Source: a virus
Length of the DNA: 64,000 nucleotides
Virus record (IMG/VR): IMGVR_UViG_3300048074_000120
Location: 124,972-188,971 of that record
Strand: one strand, 5' to 3'
Made by a program: the position numbers and the translations under genes. Of this stretch, positions 44,921-54,500 are shown one piece after another. The notes beneath the pieces are model-generated. The model was not told the DNA's origin and did no database searches. It saw nothing but the letters and a program-made list of their open reading frames with translations. Position 1 is the stretch's first letter. Each line of letters opens with the position of its first letter.

Positions 44921-45621
44921 GCTCTTGCTGCAAACCTCTCGGATTGAGAAAGTAAAATCTCGGCAAGCTCAATGAGCCCCTGCATTCCCGTGCGCGCCAC
45001 GTGGGCCGCCTTAGCTAGGCGCGTTCCTACCCGCGTTAGCCTCACGTTGGGGTTTCGCAGCGACTGCCGTAGGATGACGGCAGACTCGCCCGCATAGCGG
45101 TACACGTGCTGCAGCAGCTTACGGTTGTTTTGATATATCTGGTCAGCCCCATCTCCTACGCGCACGGGTACTGCAGCGGGATCATCTGGTTGAAGCACCA
45201 TTCCTAGTGAAAAGGTGTGCTCGGTCATCACGCCTAAAAGCTCTTCATTGTCTCCTCGTAGCATCTCAATGAGGTTCGTTAGGCCTTCACGAGATCTCTC
45301 CCAGGGAGACATGGCTAGTTGCTGAGCTGTGCCCGAGGGTAACCCTACCGGCAAGCGGTAGAGCATCCATTCTACGCAAAGAAAAGCACGCAGGTGTTGA
45401 CGTGCTCGTGTGTTACTGAAGCGCTGAAGCTCTAAAAGCTCTTCTATGTAGTTGAGCTCACGGCTGTACGCGTCAATGGTGAGCACAGTGCTCTCTTCCA
45501 TGTATTTACGCACTTGAGCCAGATAGCTCTCAACTACAGGGCAGGCCGTGTACATGTAGCCTCCTGGTGCAAGAACGGATTGTTCGTAGTTCTTATGCCG
45601 CTTGCGCACTTGTAGTTGCAA
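44899..45621 (-). CDS. hypothetical protein (240 aa)
   Basis: Long ORF in operon. Confidence 0.7.
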   Translation of the reverse strand: MQLQVRKRHKNYEQSVLAPGGYMYTACPVVESYLAQVRKYMEESTVLTIDAYSRELNYIEELLELQRFSNTRARQHLRAFLCVEWMLYRLPVGLPSGTAQQLAMSPWERSREGLTNLIEMLRGDNEELLGVMTEHTFSLGMVLQPDDPAAVPVRVGDGADQIYQNNRKLLQHVYRYAGESAVILRQSLRNPNVRLTRVGTRLAKAAHVARTGMQGLIELAEILLSQSERFAARAWEIHRT

Positions 45622-46012
45622 GAGGGGCTACGCGGTCAATCAACTTCTCAAGCCCATGCTTACCCGCTTGGTAGGCTAGCGTTGCTCCCGGGATCGGCAC
45701 AGCATTTGTGGCAATGGAACCTAATGGGTCTCTTGCCAAGTTGCGTGCTTGACTTGTAATCACAGACTTCACTTTGCCCTCAGGCAATCGACGAAGCCCC
45801 TTGTCTGCTACACGCATGATGGGGTCAGTCACTCGACTGTCCCACCCTTGAGCCACCGCGTGCTGCAGTCCTGCGAGTTCAGCCGGGCTTCGGTGCTTCA
45901 TGAGCAGATGCGGCGTACCCGGAACGTCCGTTGCCCCTAGCCGCACCAAGCGCTCAAGGAGAGCAACCTTCTCGAGCTCTTGGCGCATGAAGGAGAATTC
46001 GAGGTCCATCAA
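45593..46012 (-). CDS. ELxKxA-motif protein, putative virion internal protein (139 aa)
   Basis: FMRQELEKVA near the N-terminus. Confidence 0.75.
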   Translation of the reverse strand: MMDLEFSFMRQELEKVALLERLVRLGATDVPGTPHLLMKHRSPAELAGLQHAVAQGWDSRVTDPIMRVADKGLRRLPEGKVKSVITSQARNLARDPLGSIATNAVPIPGATLAYQAGKHGLEKLIDRVAPLATTSAQAA

Positions 46013-47037
46013 AGTTGATTCTTCAGGGTACCGGAAAGCGGTGTGCCAAAGCCCTTGGGCTTGGCGATGTCGGAGATGCTCGGTCCGGCAAAGCCAGTCA
46101 CCTTTGGGCCACCGACGCGTTGAGCCGCACGCAGTTTACCGGCAACCCCCATGGCGCCAGTAGCTGGTGCCGCAGTCTTTGCCTGTTCGAGGGGCGGAGC
46201 GGTGAAGGGAGGAATTTGACTGGTCTGCTTGAACGGCCCCATGGACAATGGACCTGAGTACTGCGATGCCGACATCCCAGCGCCGACGCCAACACCGGCC
46301 TCTTTCTTGCGCCCCTTGTACGCAGCAACCCCAGCACCACCAGCAACGGCTGTCCCTGCGCCAAGGGTTGCTCTGGCCTTCAGGGTCTCTTTGTCCGCTA
46401 CGCCGGCAAGTACTCCTGCTAGATGCCCTGCGCGCGCGTGCCGTCTAGCGTCAGTCTCAAGGGACTTTGTGGGGCGTGTCCAGCCACCGCTGATCGGAGG
46501 CAGGCTCACGGCTCTGCCAAGATCCGGCTTACTCTTCAGGGCTGACTCAATCGCGCTGGCAGACTCCAGATGCCTCGCGGCCGCGTCCCTGAACTTTGCG
46601 CCTTCACCCTTGACTGCCTTCGCGAAGTTTCGAACCCCGCTTGGGATCAACGCTGCCTGCTTTACCGCAAGTGGCGGGGCTACGAAGGGAGGGATCTGGC
46701 TATGCCCTCGCATGCCCGGGCCATTCTGTGCCGGCTGCCCGCCGTACGCCGAAGCAGCAAATCCTACCTTGGTCAGCACCGTGACGAGTACTTCACCGAG
46801 CGAGGCGTGCTTTATCTTCGGTGACTCGAGCCCACCTGGATTCGACCGCTTCTCATCGTCCTTGGGCGTGCTGTACTTAGCCTTGGCCGTCTGCCGGCCC
46901 TGCGATGTGCCGTATCCCTTGGGTGATTTACCCAAGGCGTGCGACTGCTGGGTCGCTATCCCCCATGCTTCTGATTCTGGCATGCTTGGGTTCTTAGCGC
47001 GAAGATGGGCAACCCTGTCGTGAATCCACTGCGGCAT
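46009..47037 (-). CDS. Gly/Ala/Pro-rich KxA-motif protein (342 aa)
   Basis: KHAS, TKVG, KQAA, KEAG, KTAA; internal repeat SQIPPF.APPL twice. Confidence 0.8.
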   Translation of the reverse strand: MPQWIHDRVAHLRAKNPSMPESEAWGIATQQSHALGKSPKGYGTSQGRQTAKAKYSTPKDDEKRSNPGGLESPKIKHASLGEVLVTVLTKVGFAASAYGGQPAQNGPGMRGHSQIPPFVAPPLAVKQAALIPSGVRNFAKAVKGEGAKFRDAAARHLESASAIESALKSKPDLGRAVSLPPISGGWTRPTKSLETDARRHARAGHLAGVLAGVADKETLKARATLGAGTAVAGGAGVAAYKGRKKEAGVGVGAGMSASQYSGPLSMGPFKQTSQIPPFTAPPLEQAKTAAPATGAMGVAGKLRAAQRVGGPKVTGFAGPSISDIAKPKGFGTPLSGTLKNQL

Positions 47038-47040
47038 GTC

Positions 47041-47457
47041 TTATCCCTGATTCTCTTTCATGTACCGTCGAAGTGTGCCCATCTCAGCACGTCGATCCAT
47101 GGTGTTGCGAATGAGCGGAATCGCTCCCCCGCCTAACGCCCCTTTGGCTGTGTTAGCCGCCAGGTTGAGGACCTTCGCCTTGGTAGTGGCGCCTTTCAGC
47201 GGGGAGCCAGACTCGATCAGGTGCCCGATGGCACCGATACCGGCACCACCAAGTCCACCGATGGCTCCATACCTGGCTGCCTGACCTGCCGTTGGTTTGC
47301 TTTGCTCGAGCGCATCGAGCCGATCGAGAGAACGACGCGCATGCTCCGGAGAAACACCCGCGTACTTCGCCAAGGCTAGCGCCTGACCTGGCGTTACCGC
47401 CCCTTGCGCCAACAGTTCCTTCGCACAGGCGTACTTCAACAGGGCCAGTTCATCCAT
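47041..47457 (-). CDS. Gly/Ala-rich KxA-motif protein (138 aa)
   Basis: LLKYA, LAKYAG; glycine-zipper-like AIGGLGGAGIGAIG. Confidence 0.8.
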   Translation of the reverse strand: MDELALLKYACAKELLAQGAVTPGQALALAKYAGVSPEHARRSLDRLDALEQSKPTAGQAARYGAIGGLGGAGIGAIGHLIESGSPLKGATTKAKVLNLAANTAKGALGGGAIPLIRNTMDRRAEMGTLRRYMKENQG

Positions 47458-48182
47458 TAGGCGGCTCCCGCCGCCATGGGAGGCGGCATCATGCTGTAGC
47501 CAGTAACCGGTGCAGCGACGGGGCGCCGTACGAGACCGGCCGCCTGCCTAGCTTTGTTCACGGCCGTATGCGCTCCCGTTCCCACAACGTCGTGCGCCGC
47601 ATGCGCCGCGGTAGTTCCTAAGCCATGCACTGCTTCACCAATGGCCGGCGCCGCTGTGGCAAGCCCGCCCACCATGTGATGGCCCACCGCGCCTGCCAAG
47701 GACACGGGCGCATGGATGGCGCCACCTAATCCGGCAAGCCCAGCCACTTCACCCACACGCCCAACGGGCTTAGCTGCCCGTTGAAGCCCAACGCCTGCCG
47801 ACTGCATGGTCTGTCCTACACGGCCAGCAATCCCAGAGCCCGCCGTGTGCAGTTCCTTGCCAGCGGCTCGAGTGAGACCTTCAGCGGCCCCACCTAGCGC
47901 GCCACCAAGCGGGTTGATGAGGTTACTGAGCGTGCCCTTGTTCGCGTAGTGATGCCCCACGGAATGGGCGACTTCTCCGGTAACACGCTGACCAAGACTC
48001 GCCGGCGCAAACTTCCCTGGGGCTACGAGTTTGTTCGAACCCAGCATCTTCCCGCCTGCCATGAGATCACGGCCAAAGCTCTGGAAGATGCCAAGCTGCC
48101 CGGCTTTGAAGGGATTGGCCGCAGCAATCTTCTGGTACTCATCAACGAAAGCGGCGTACATCACCTGTTCGTAATCCATCAC
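47457..48182 (-). CDS. Gly/Ala/His-rich ELxKxA-motif protein (241 aa)
   Basis: AFVDEYQKIAA near the N-terminus. Confidence 0.8.
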   Translation of the reverse strand: MMDYEQVMYAAFVDEYQKIAAANPFKAGQLGIFQSFGRDLMAGGKMLGSNKLVAPGKFAPASLGQRVTGEVAHSVGHHYANKGTLSNLINPLGGALGGAAEGLTRAAGKELHTAGSGIAGRVGQTMQSAGVGLQRAAKPVGRVGEVAGLAGLGGAIHAPVSLAGAVGHHMVGGLATAAPAIGEAVHGLGTTAAHAAHDVVGTGAHTAVNKARQAAGLVRRPVAAPVTGYSMMPPPMAAGAA

Positions 48183-49288
48183 ATCCTCGTCGTCGCACCG
48201 GTTTGAGAACCAGCGTCGGCTGTTGCTGCCGCTGTTGGCAAAGTTGCCATGAAGTCTGGACCTGCCTCATGCTTGACCGTAATGGCCGAGCCCGGGCTAG
48301 TGCCGTCTCGCGAAGGAACATCACCCCGTTTGGTTCGATCGGGTTTTTCATCCGAATCGATGCGGCTCATGGTGCTCGTGAGTGGGCTGCCAGCTGAGCC
48401 AACGCCGTCCCAAGCAAGCTTTGAGGTTGGCGAGTCGCTGCCTTCCATGTCGGGAAAGTCCCCGGGCTTCTTCGGTTGCTGTGCGCCTACGCGGTCAGCG
48501 TAAAGTGTAGTGTTCGAAGGATCCACCGTGGCAATCTTTCTTAGCTCATCCATACAGGCTAACCACATAAGTTGCCCGAAACCTGCTGCGGAGCCTAGCT
48601 TTTTTAGTTCATCTCGTAGTGCTGCTCGCTCAGCAAGTATCTGCCTATGTTTTTCTACATCCGTACCAGCCCCGTAAACTCGTGAGGTATGCGCGGCCCT
48701 ACCCTCATCGATCATCCTTGTTAGATGTTTGCGGGCATGTCTACTCACACGGCCTCCCTTGCCAAAATTCAGCCCGGTATGCTGATACAAATCAAGCCCT
48801 TCAGTTGGCAATCGATGCTCTCGAAGAACTTCTCCTGCTGAGCTAAGATCTTTTGGCAGCGTGCTGATCATGTTGTGCTCTCGAAGAATTACATCAGGGC
48901 TAAGGTGGCCATGAAAATTCCCGATAGCTGATGGCCTAGCTTGTAGTTCTGCCAGTTCATGGCCCTTTACGATGGCATCAAGCGCACGGCGTGCCTGGGG
49001 ATCTTTAGGCAAATGTAAGCTAGGATTTTCGTTCCTAAAAAAAGAAGTGGAATCCCCACGCTTTGGGACTTGTATTCTTTGCCCACGGGAAGACCAGGCG
49101 ACGGCACTTCCTAATTCATTTCGATGCGCACCAAGCGCCAAATCTCCACCAAGCCGTTGGAGCGCCTTTCGGCCAGCGCCCACTACCTTCGAGCTGAATG
49201 CCTGAAAGGGACCAGTCTTCAAAAGCATTGGCTTTGTATGCGTCAATACCTGGGAGATCTCCTTTTCACCAAAAGCTAGCTTTTTCAT
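48179..49288 (-). CDS. mosaic KxA-motif protein (369 aa) with a HELAE...H segment
   Basis: MKKLAF, DELKKLG, MDELRKIA, SKLAW; AT-richer N-terminal coding part. Confidence 0.8.
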   Translation of the reverse strand: MKKLAFGEKEISQVLTHTKPMLLKTGPFQAFSSKVVGAGRKALQRLGGDLALGAHRNELGSAVAWSSRGQRIQVPKRGDSTSFFRNENPSLHLPKDPQARRALDAIVKGHELAELQARPSAIGNFHGHLSPDVILREHNMISTLPKDLSSAGEVLREHRLPTEGLDLYQHTGLNFGKGGRVSRHARKHLTRMIDEGRAAHTSRVYGAGTDVEKHRQILAERAALRDELKKLGSAAGFGQLMWLACMDELRKIATVDPSNTTLYADRVGAQQPKKPGDFPDMEGSDSPTSKLAWDGVGSAGSPLTSTMSRIDSDEKPDRTKRGDVPSRDGTSPGSAITVKHEAGPDFMATLPTAAATADAGSQTGATTRM

Positions 49289-49318
49289 GTTGCGGCCAAT
49301 CTAAACTAGCATAATCTT

Positions 49319-49738
49319 GTGATCATCATGAGAGCAAAGCGCGGAAAAGGACACATCAGAAAACTCGGGGGAGAAACTGAGTATCGACTCATACGCATCA
49401 ACGGAAAACAAGTACTTGAACATCGCCACAAGATGGAGGTCAAACTTGGTAGACCTCTCAAAAGAACTGAAGTTGTGCACCACAAGGACGAGAATGGCCT
49501 CAATAACGACATCGACAACTTAGTCGTGCTGACACGCATTGAACACAGACAATTGCACGGTGGCCCAAGGTTTTGGAAAATCACCCTGGAGAAGGCTGTC
49601 CTTATGCGCAACCAGGGAAAGACTCTGGAAGAGATAGCAACCGTGGCTGGCGTTACGTGGACTGCTGTCCACCACGTTTTCAAACGGCGCGGTATTTCAA
49701 CCAAAGACGTCAGAAGAATGCTCATTGAATCTTCCTAA
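49319..49738 (+). CDS. HNH endonuclease (HNH_3) with C-terminal HTH, antisense to flanking genes
   Basis: LEHRHKME.KLGRPL...EVVHHKDENGLNNDIDNL.VL...EH..LH. Confidence 0.92.
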   Translation: MIIMRAKRGKGHIRKLGGETEYRLIRINGKQVLEHRHKMEVKLGRPLKRTEVVHHKDENGLNNDIDNLVVLTRIEHRQLHGGPRFWKITLEKAVLMRNQGKTLEEIATVAGVTWTAVHHVFKRRGISTKDVRRMLIESS

Positions 49739-51302
49739 TCTTTCCCTGCTTTTCCTTGAGACGCCGCTTCAACTCATCCACTGTAATTGTCGTAATTGGG
49801 CCAAGTAGCTTTCTGCCAACGCCGTTGTAATGGTCTAAGTAGGCTTCTCTGGTTGCCTCTTCGCTAGGCATACCTAAGAACAACTTGTCTTCGTCGTACT
49901 TGCCGCTCTCGAGCTTTCGTTGGTGTACTACAAAAGCATTTGGAGCCTTCTTGTCGGCCCCCACATAGACATCGATCTCTTCACCATCGTTGCCCTCGGT
50001 GCCCGTGATGTAACCGTAGGGGATTTTGAAGACAGTCTTCCAGGGCTTGCCATCCTCATCGACACCCTTTCGCACAGATCCCTTGCGGTTCTCAATGGCG
50101 ATGGGAAGGCCCTGCACTGTGGTGTGCCCCTGCAGCTGAAAGGCAAGCTTTTGTCGAAGCTCAGCCACCCGTGCGGTCAAGGGTGACTTTGCTATGTCTG
50201 CCGGAAGTACATGATCACGGTCTTTACCCGCAGCAAAGTTCAAGTGTGGGTAAGCCCGCACAACAACCTGTGAGCAGATGACGGCCTTTTTCTTAGCCTC
50301 GTCAAGCCCCTTGTTTGCGCCCGCGGGCAGCAGGAGACGCAGTGCACCCTTCAGATCGTAGGGAGTACCGACAAAGTCTTTAGCCTTCTCGATAGCTTCG
50401 CCCCTTGCGCTAGCATCGACCTTGGGCCGATACGCACGGATCTCGCGCCCTCCGCCCCACTTCTTGTAGACCTCAGGGAGTGTTGTAGTGAACACGCCTT
50501 TATCAACTCGAGTGTCTATGACCTTGCCGTCGCCGGCATAGATGGAAGAATGACCAAACTCGCTATGCTGCACAGCGGAAACCACGCGGGACATCAATGT
50601 GGGATGTACTGCCCGCGTCAACAGGATATCGCCCGGCTTTAGCCTGGATTCAAAGTTCTTCAAGTCATCTGTGACCAGAGCCCCGCTCTTGGTCAAGTCA
50701 CCAAAGCCAAGACGGCGCAGTTCATCTTCGCTAATCTGAGTCACGCCGCTCATCGTGCGTGTACCCGGCGCTTTCATCGCAGGACTAACCCCCGATGGCC
50801 TAAACGGCGGAACACTTGTCGCCTTGCCCTTGGCCATGGTGGCCATGCCTTGCAGGGGTCGCTTACCAGTATTGATTACCCAGTCCTTGGTACCAGGAAT
50901 TGGCACGCGTAGAAAGTCACCAAGTCCTGCCTGCTTCTCGTGTTCGCCCTCCATCTTCTGCAGCTTGGTGTAGTAGTGCGGATCTTCCGTGAGGTGATCC
51001 ATTGCAATCTCTTGCGCGATCTCGGGGCGACTTGTGTGTTCGCCTTCTACCGCCTTGCCCTGGGCCAACGCCTTAGCATCGAAGTCGTTGGGCTTCTTAT
51101 TGTCCGCCAGTCCACCGGGTAAGTGGTCGTGCCAGTTCTTTTTGAACAAAGTCCCGTCACGGTCCTTCCTAAGTAGAGTGTCGACGCGCATTGAGCGACG
51201 ACCTGACCGAGTCTGAGGGACAGCCATGCGCTGCTTGGAAGCAGCCAACTTCTGAAGTTCATCCAGAAGTCCTTTGTAGTGGGCTGGGGTTAGCGGGTCC
51301 AT
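49722..51302 (-). CDS. polyvalent protein: DUF5661 + permuted papain-like amidase (YiiX/YaeF, C92) + inorganic-pyrophosphatase-like (InPase) domain
   Basis: G..VEGEHT...A.EIAMDHL.EDP.YYTKL; LKPGDILL...GHSSIY.G.G...CSQVV; IAIENRKGSVRKG.D..GKPW...YGYI.GT.G.DGEEIDVYVG...DEDKLFLG. Confidence 0.85.
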   Translation of the reverse strand: MDPLTPAHYKGLLDELQKLAASKQRMAVPQTRSGRRSMRVDTLLRKDRDGTLFKKNWHDHLPGGLADNKKPNDFDAKALAQGKAVEGEHTSRPEIAQEIAMDHLTEDPHYYTKLQKMEGEHEKQAGLGDFLRVPIPGTKDWVINTGKRPLQGMATMAKGKATSVPPFRPSGVSPAMKAPGTRTMSGVTQISEDELRRLGFGDLTKSGALVTDDLKNFESRLKPGDILLTRAVHPTLMSRVVSAVQHSEFGHSSIYAGDGKVIDTRVDKGVFTTTLPEVYKKWGGGREIRAYRPKVDASARGEAIEKAKDFVGTPYDLKGALRLLLPAGANKGLDEAKKKAVICSQVVVRAYPHLNFAAGKDRDHVLPADIAKSPLTARVAELRQKLAFQLQGHTTVQGLPIAIENRKGSVRKGVDEDGKPWKTVFKIPYGYITGTEGNDGEEIDVYVGADKKAPNAFVVHQRKLESGKYDEDKLFLGMPSEEATREAYLDHYNGVGRKLLGPITTITVDELKRRLKEKQGKIRKIQ

Positions 51303-51304
51303 TG

Positions 51305-51541
51305 TTATGCCGCGGCAGGCTGCTTGATGGATTTCAAGTGCGCCTTGATGTTGGAAGCAATCTCAGCGGCGCGTCCTCTATCGCGTGAGGCTACGTTTTG
51401 TACCTGCTTGATGCTAGGGAACATCGAAGGACGAAATCCTTGTCGTTCGGCTAGGTGTGACAGGAGCTCCCCCACACCCTTGCCAGCGCCTATCTTCTGC
51501 AGTTCATCGATAAAACCTGGGTACACAGAGGGGCGATCCAT
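51305..51541 (-). CDS. ELxKxG-motif protein (78 aa)
   Basis: GFIDELQKIG near the N-terminus. Confidence 0.75.
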   Translation of the reverse strand: MDRPSVYPGFIDELQKIGAGKGVGELLSHLAERQGFRPSMFPSIKQVQNVASRDRGRAAEIASNIKAHLKSIKQPAAA

Positions 51542-51577
51542 GCCATCAGTTTTATCACGGGGCCTGAACGAGTGGAA

Positions 51578-54500
51578 CTAGCCCAGGATGGCTCTGCCGA
51601 TGCCTAAGCCCGCTAAGTAGTCCTTTACCGCGTCTTGTTTCACTTTTCGTGTGTCGCCTTTTTGCGCGGCAGTAGTTCCACGCTTGAGGCCCACGACTTC
51701 TTCGAGTTCGGCGGTCACAAGACCAAACAGGTCGTTGTAAGGGCCAAAAGCTCTCGAGTGAAATCCCTCAATGCCCTGCACAATGTACTGGCCATCGGGG
51801 CTGAGCTGCAGGTCCGTTGTCCCAAACATGTCGATCATGGTGGCAATGGGGCGCCAAGTGTAAGCGCGAATGAACTGCTCGACGTCGAGGCCCGACTGCT
51901 TGATGTGGCTGTAGGTTGCCTGAAGGAAGGCAGCTGCCTGCTCAATCGAAGCTCCCGCTGAAAGCTGATACGCTACCGGGGCCGTTGAACGCGGGTCGTT
52001 AGGATCATCGGTCTCGCTCGAAGAGTCCAAAGCATCCTGGGCATCGTTGTTTGGCGCTGGTACCTGCGCTCCACTCGGATCGTTGATGGTGTGCGGGTCC
52101 GTAATGGCCCCTGTCGAGAAGAACGTCTCGTAGGCCTGTCCGATCTTTGCCGGGTGCCAGATGTCTCCGTACCAGCCAGGCCTGATGTATTCTTCCGCGG
52201 GAAGGTCCACCACCTCTTGATAAAACCGTGGAACTTCTTCTTGCAGTCGATAGGCGCGGATGGTTACCGGGCGTGGCTGCGTGTAAAAGGATGCCTCTTG
52301 GTTTGAAGACGTGTTACCGCCGGCGGCAGGAAGCATCCCGAGCTCACGCAGTACATCCTTGTCGAGGTCACGGGCATCTACCTCTACGCCTACGGGCACC
52401 TTTGCTCGCTTCCTACTGGCTGGGGACCGGGGCTTTCTCCCCGTTTGGCTGCTGAACAGCAAAAGCGGTTTGCTACTCACGGCGTCCTGCACGGTACGTG
52501 TTGTTGGGCTGCCGTGATACAACGAGGAAACTTCCTCTACGTTGGTGATTCTACCTAGGTTGGGGCCTAGGGATTCCACAGAGGGCTGACCGATCGAGGC
52601 CACATCCGTGACGCGCACCACGTCTTCGTTGAAGCGACGACTGATAGTGGTCTCTTCCACATCCGTTGCCCCAAGGTACTCAACCCCCTCGTCGGGCTGA
52701 CGTGGGTAGCTCATCACAACGTCCATGGAGCCACTGCTCTGGTTCACGTTGAAAGTAACCTGAGTAAAGTTACCAAGGAACGCTGTGCCAAGCAGCTTAT
52801 TGATGTCGCGCGTTGGCTTGCCTGCTTTTTGCAGCAGCTCGTTGTAGAGCTGCAGCGTGGCCGCGTCTACGTACTTGTCCAGTACAAGGCCTGGGAAACC
52901 AACGGCGATGTAGGGATTGAATCGCCCGCTTACCGTCATCTGCCGGGCAGCGAAGCGGTACTTGAAGTAGAGAAAGTTTGCCGAGCGCTGAGCAAGGCCT
53001 ACCTGAGGTACTCGATCATTGACTACACCGCCCCTTGCCGCAAAGATGTTGAGCTCCCCCATCTTCTCGAACACAGGCAGGATGCCGGTAAATAGCTCGT
53101 GGTCCAATAGGTCGTTGGTCAATAGCGCTTGAAGGTTGACCTTGCTCTTTTTGACGCTCGACGTCTTTGGTGCAAAGTAGAACCTATCGAACAGCTCATC
53201 CTCACCAAAGAACTCGTCGTTTGTCTTCAGCAGTAGCCGCGTTGGCTCTTCCATGAAGCTACGACGGTAAGAGAGTCTGCTGTAGTGCTCAGGGAACAGT
53301 ACATTGCAGCGTGGGGGCGCGCTGAACCACACATCGGGTCGCAGGATCTGCTGAGCCAAGCGCGCTGGCTTTCGATTCTTACTCGAGTTTGTAACCACTG
53401 TGAGATTAGCCACGCGGTTTAGATTCGAGATGGCGTCCTTTAGTGGGTTCTCAACGTCAGTAATAGACTTTGGATTGTTCGCATTCCAGCGGGCAGCCTT
53501 CGTGGCGGCAATCCCAATTTTTTGCACGGCTGTATTCAGCATGGAGGATGCTGACGGCACCGCGGGGGTTACCCGGCGTAGCTGCATCGTTGTGCTGTTC
53601 AAGAACTGCTGCTGGCGCCTGAGGCGAAGAATGATTTGGCTTCGAAGGCTTGCCTGCACCGTGCCTGACGTAGAGAATAACGAAACATCGGGGCGGTTAT
53701 CCGCAACATGCAGCTGCTGCACGATGGAAGTAAGCTCTGTTGAAACCGCGGTAGCGTTGCGGGCAATGAACACGGTCCCCGGGTCCTGGTCAAGACGCTT
53801 TCGTACCTGCCCGCTTACTGTGCCATCCACGCCGGGAATGTACTTGGGGCAGGGCTGCGCGTAAGTTTCGTGGAAGATAATGCCTTGCAACGCTGTGATG
53901 CTCTGACGGATAGAGGTCTGCCCTCCCATACCTCCGAGCAAGCGACTCATGAGGCTCGTGTAGCCCTGGATGGCAAGGAGCCTTGACGCCGTAGGGTCGT
54001 CCTCGATCGCCATAATCATCTGATTGATGTGCAGACGAAGCTCTGCCAGCGTGAAGAAGATGTTCTGCCCGGCGATCTTCTTGTCGTAGTAGTGCGAACC
54101 ACCAATGGCCTCGAGCAGATGAACTATCCCACCAGCGAGCCCTTTGAGCTTTGGGAAGGTAATGGAGGGCGTACGCAGAATGGTTGTAATAACTTCGGCC
54201 GAGCTCGAGAGAAAATCAGTAAAGAGGTTCGTCGATCCCCCGGAGAACATCGCTTTGATGCCCGGCCCAAAAAGATCTGTGTTCGTCCACTGGTAGGCAT
54301 AGTCCCAATAGTTAGACCAATCCGCACACTGAAGGATGAGCGCGCGCTGTGCTTGATCCTTACTCCACTCGAACCCTAGGAACTCTCCGCCAAAGAACAG
54401 CTTATAACGAGTAAGGTCGTTGACGGCTAAGCCCGCCGTGCCATTGACATCGTTCTCTGCCTGGTTCATCACCTTCTGGTACGACGACGGATCCATGCTG

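Noticed and set aside
46229-47023. Long antisense ORFs (also 11044..11715, 24699..25388, 42453..43121, 58588..59091)
   Set aside because: Shadow frames of GC-rich genes on the opposite strand, with no SD or recognisable motifs.
47038-47048. Minus-strand AGGGATAAG upstream of ORF 46009..47037
   Set aside because: It is the Gly codon plus TAA of the preceding gene, lacks the NNAA -35 at N15, and lies only 3 nt from the ATG.
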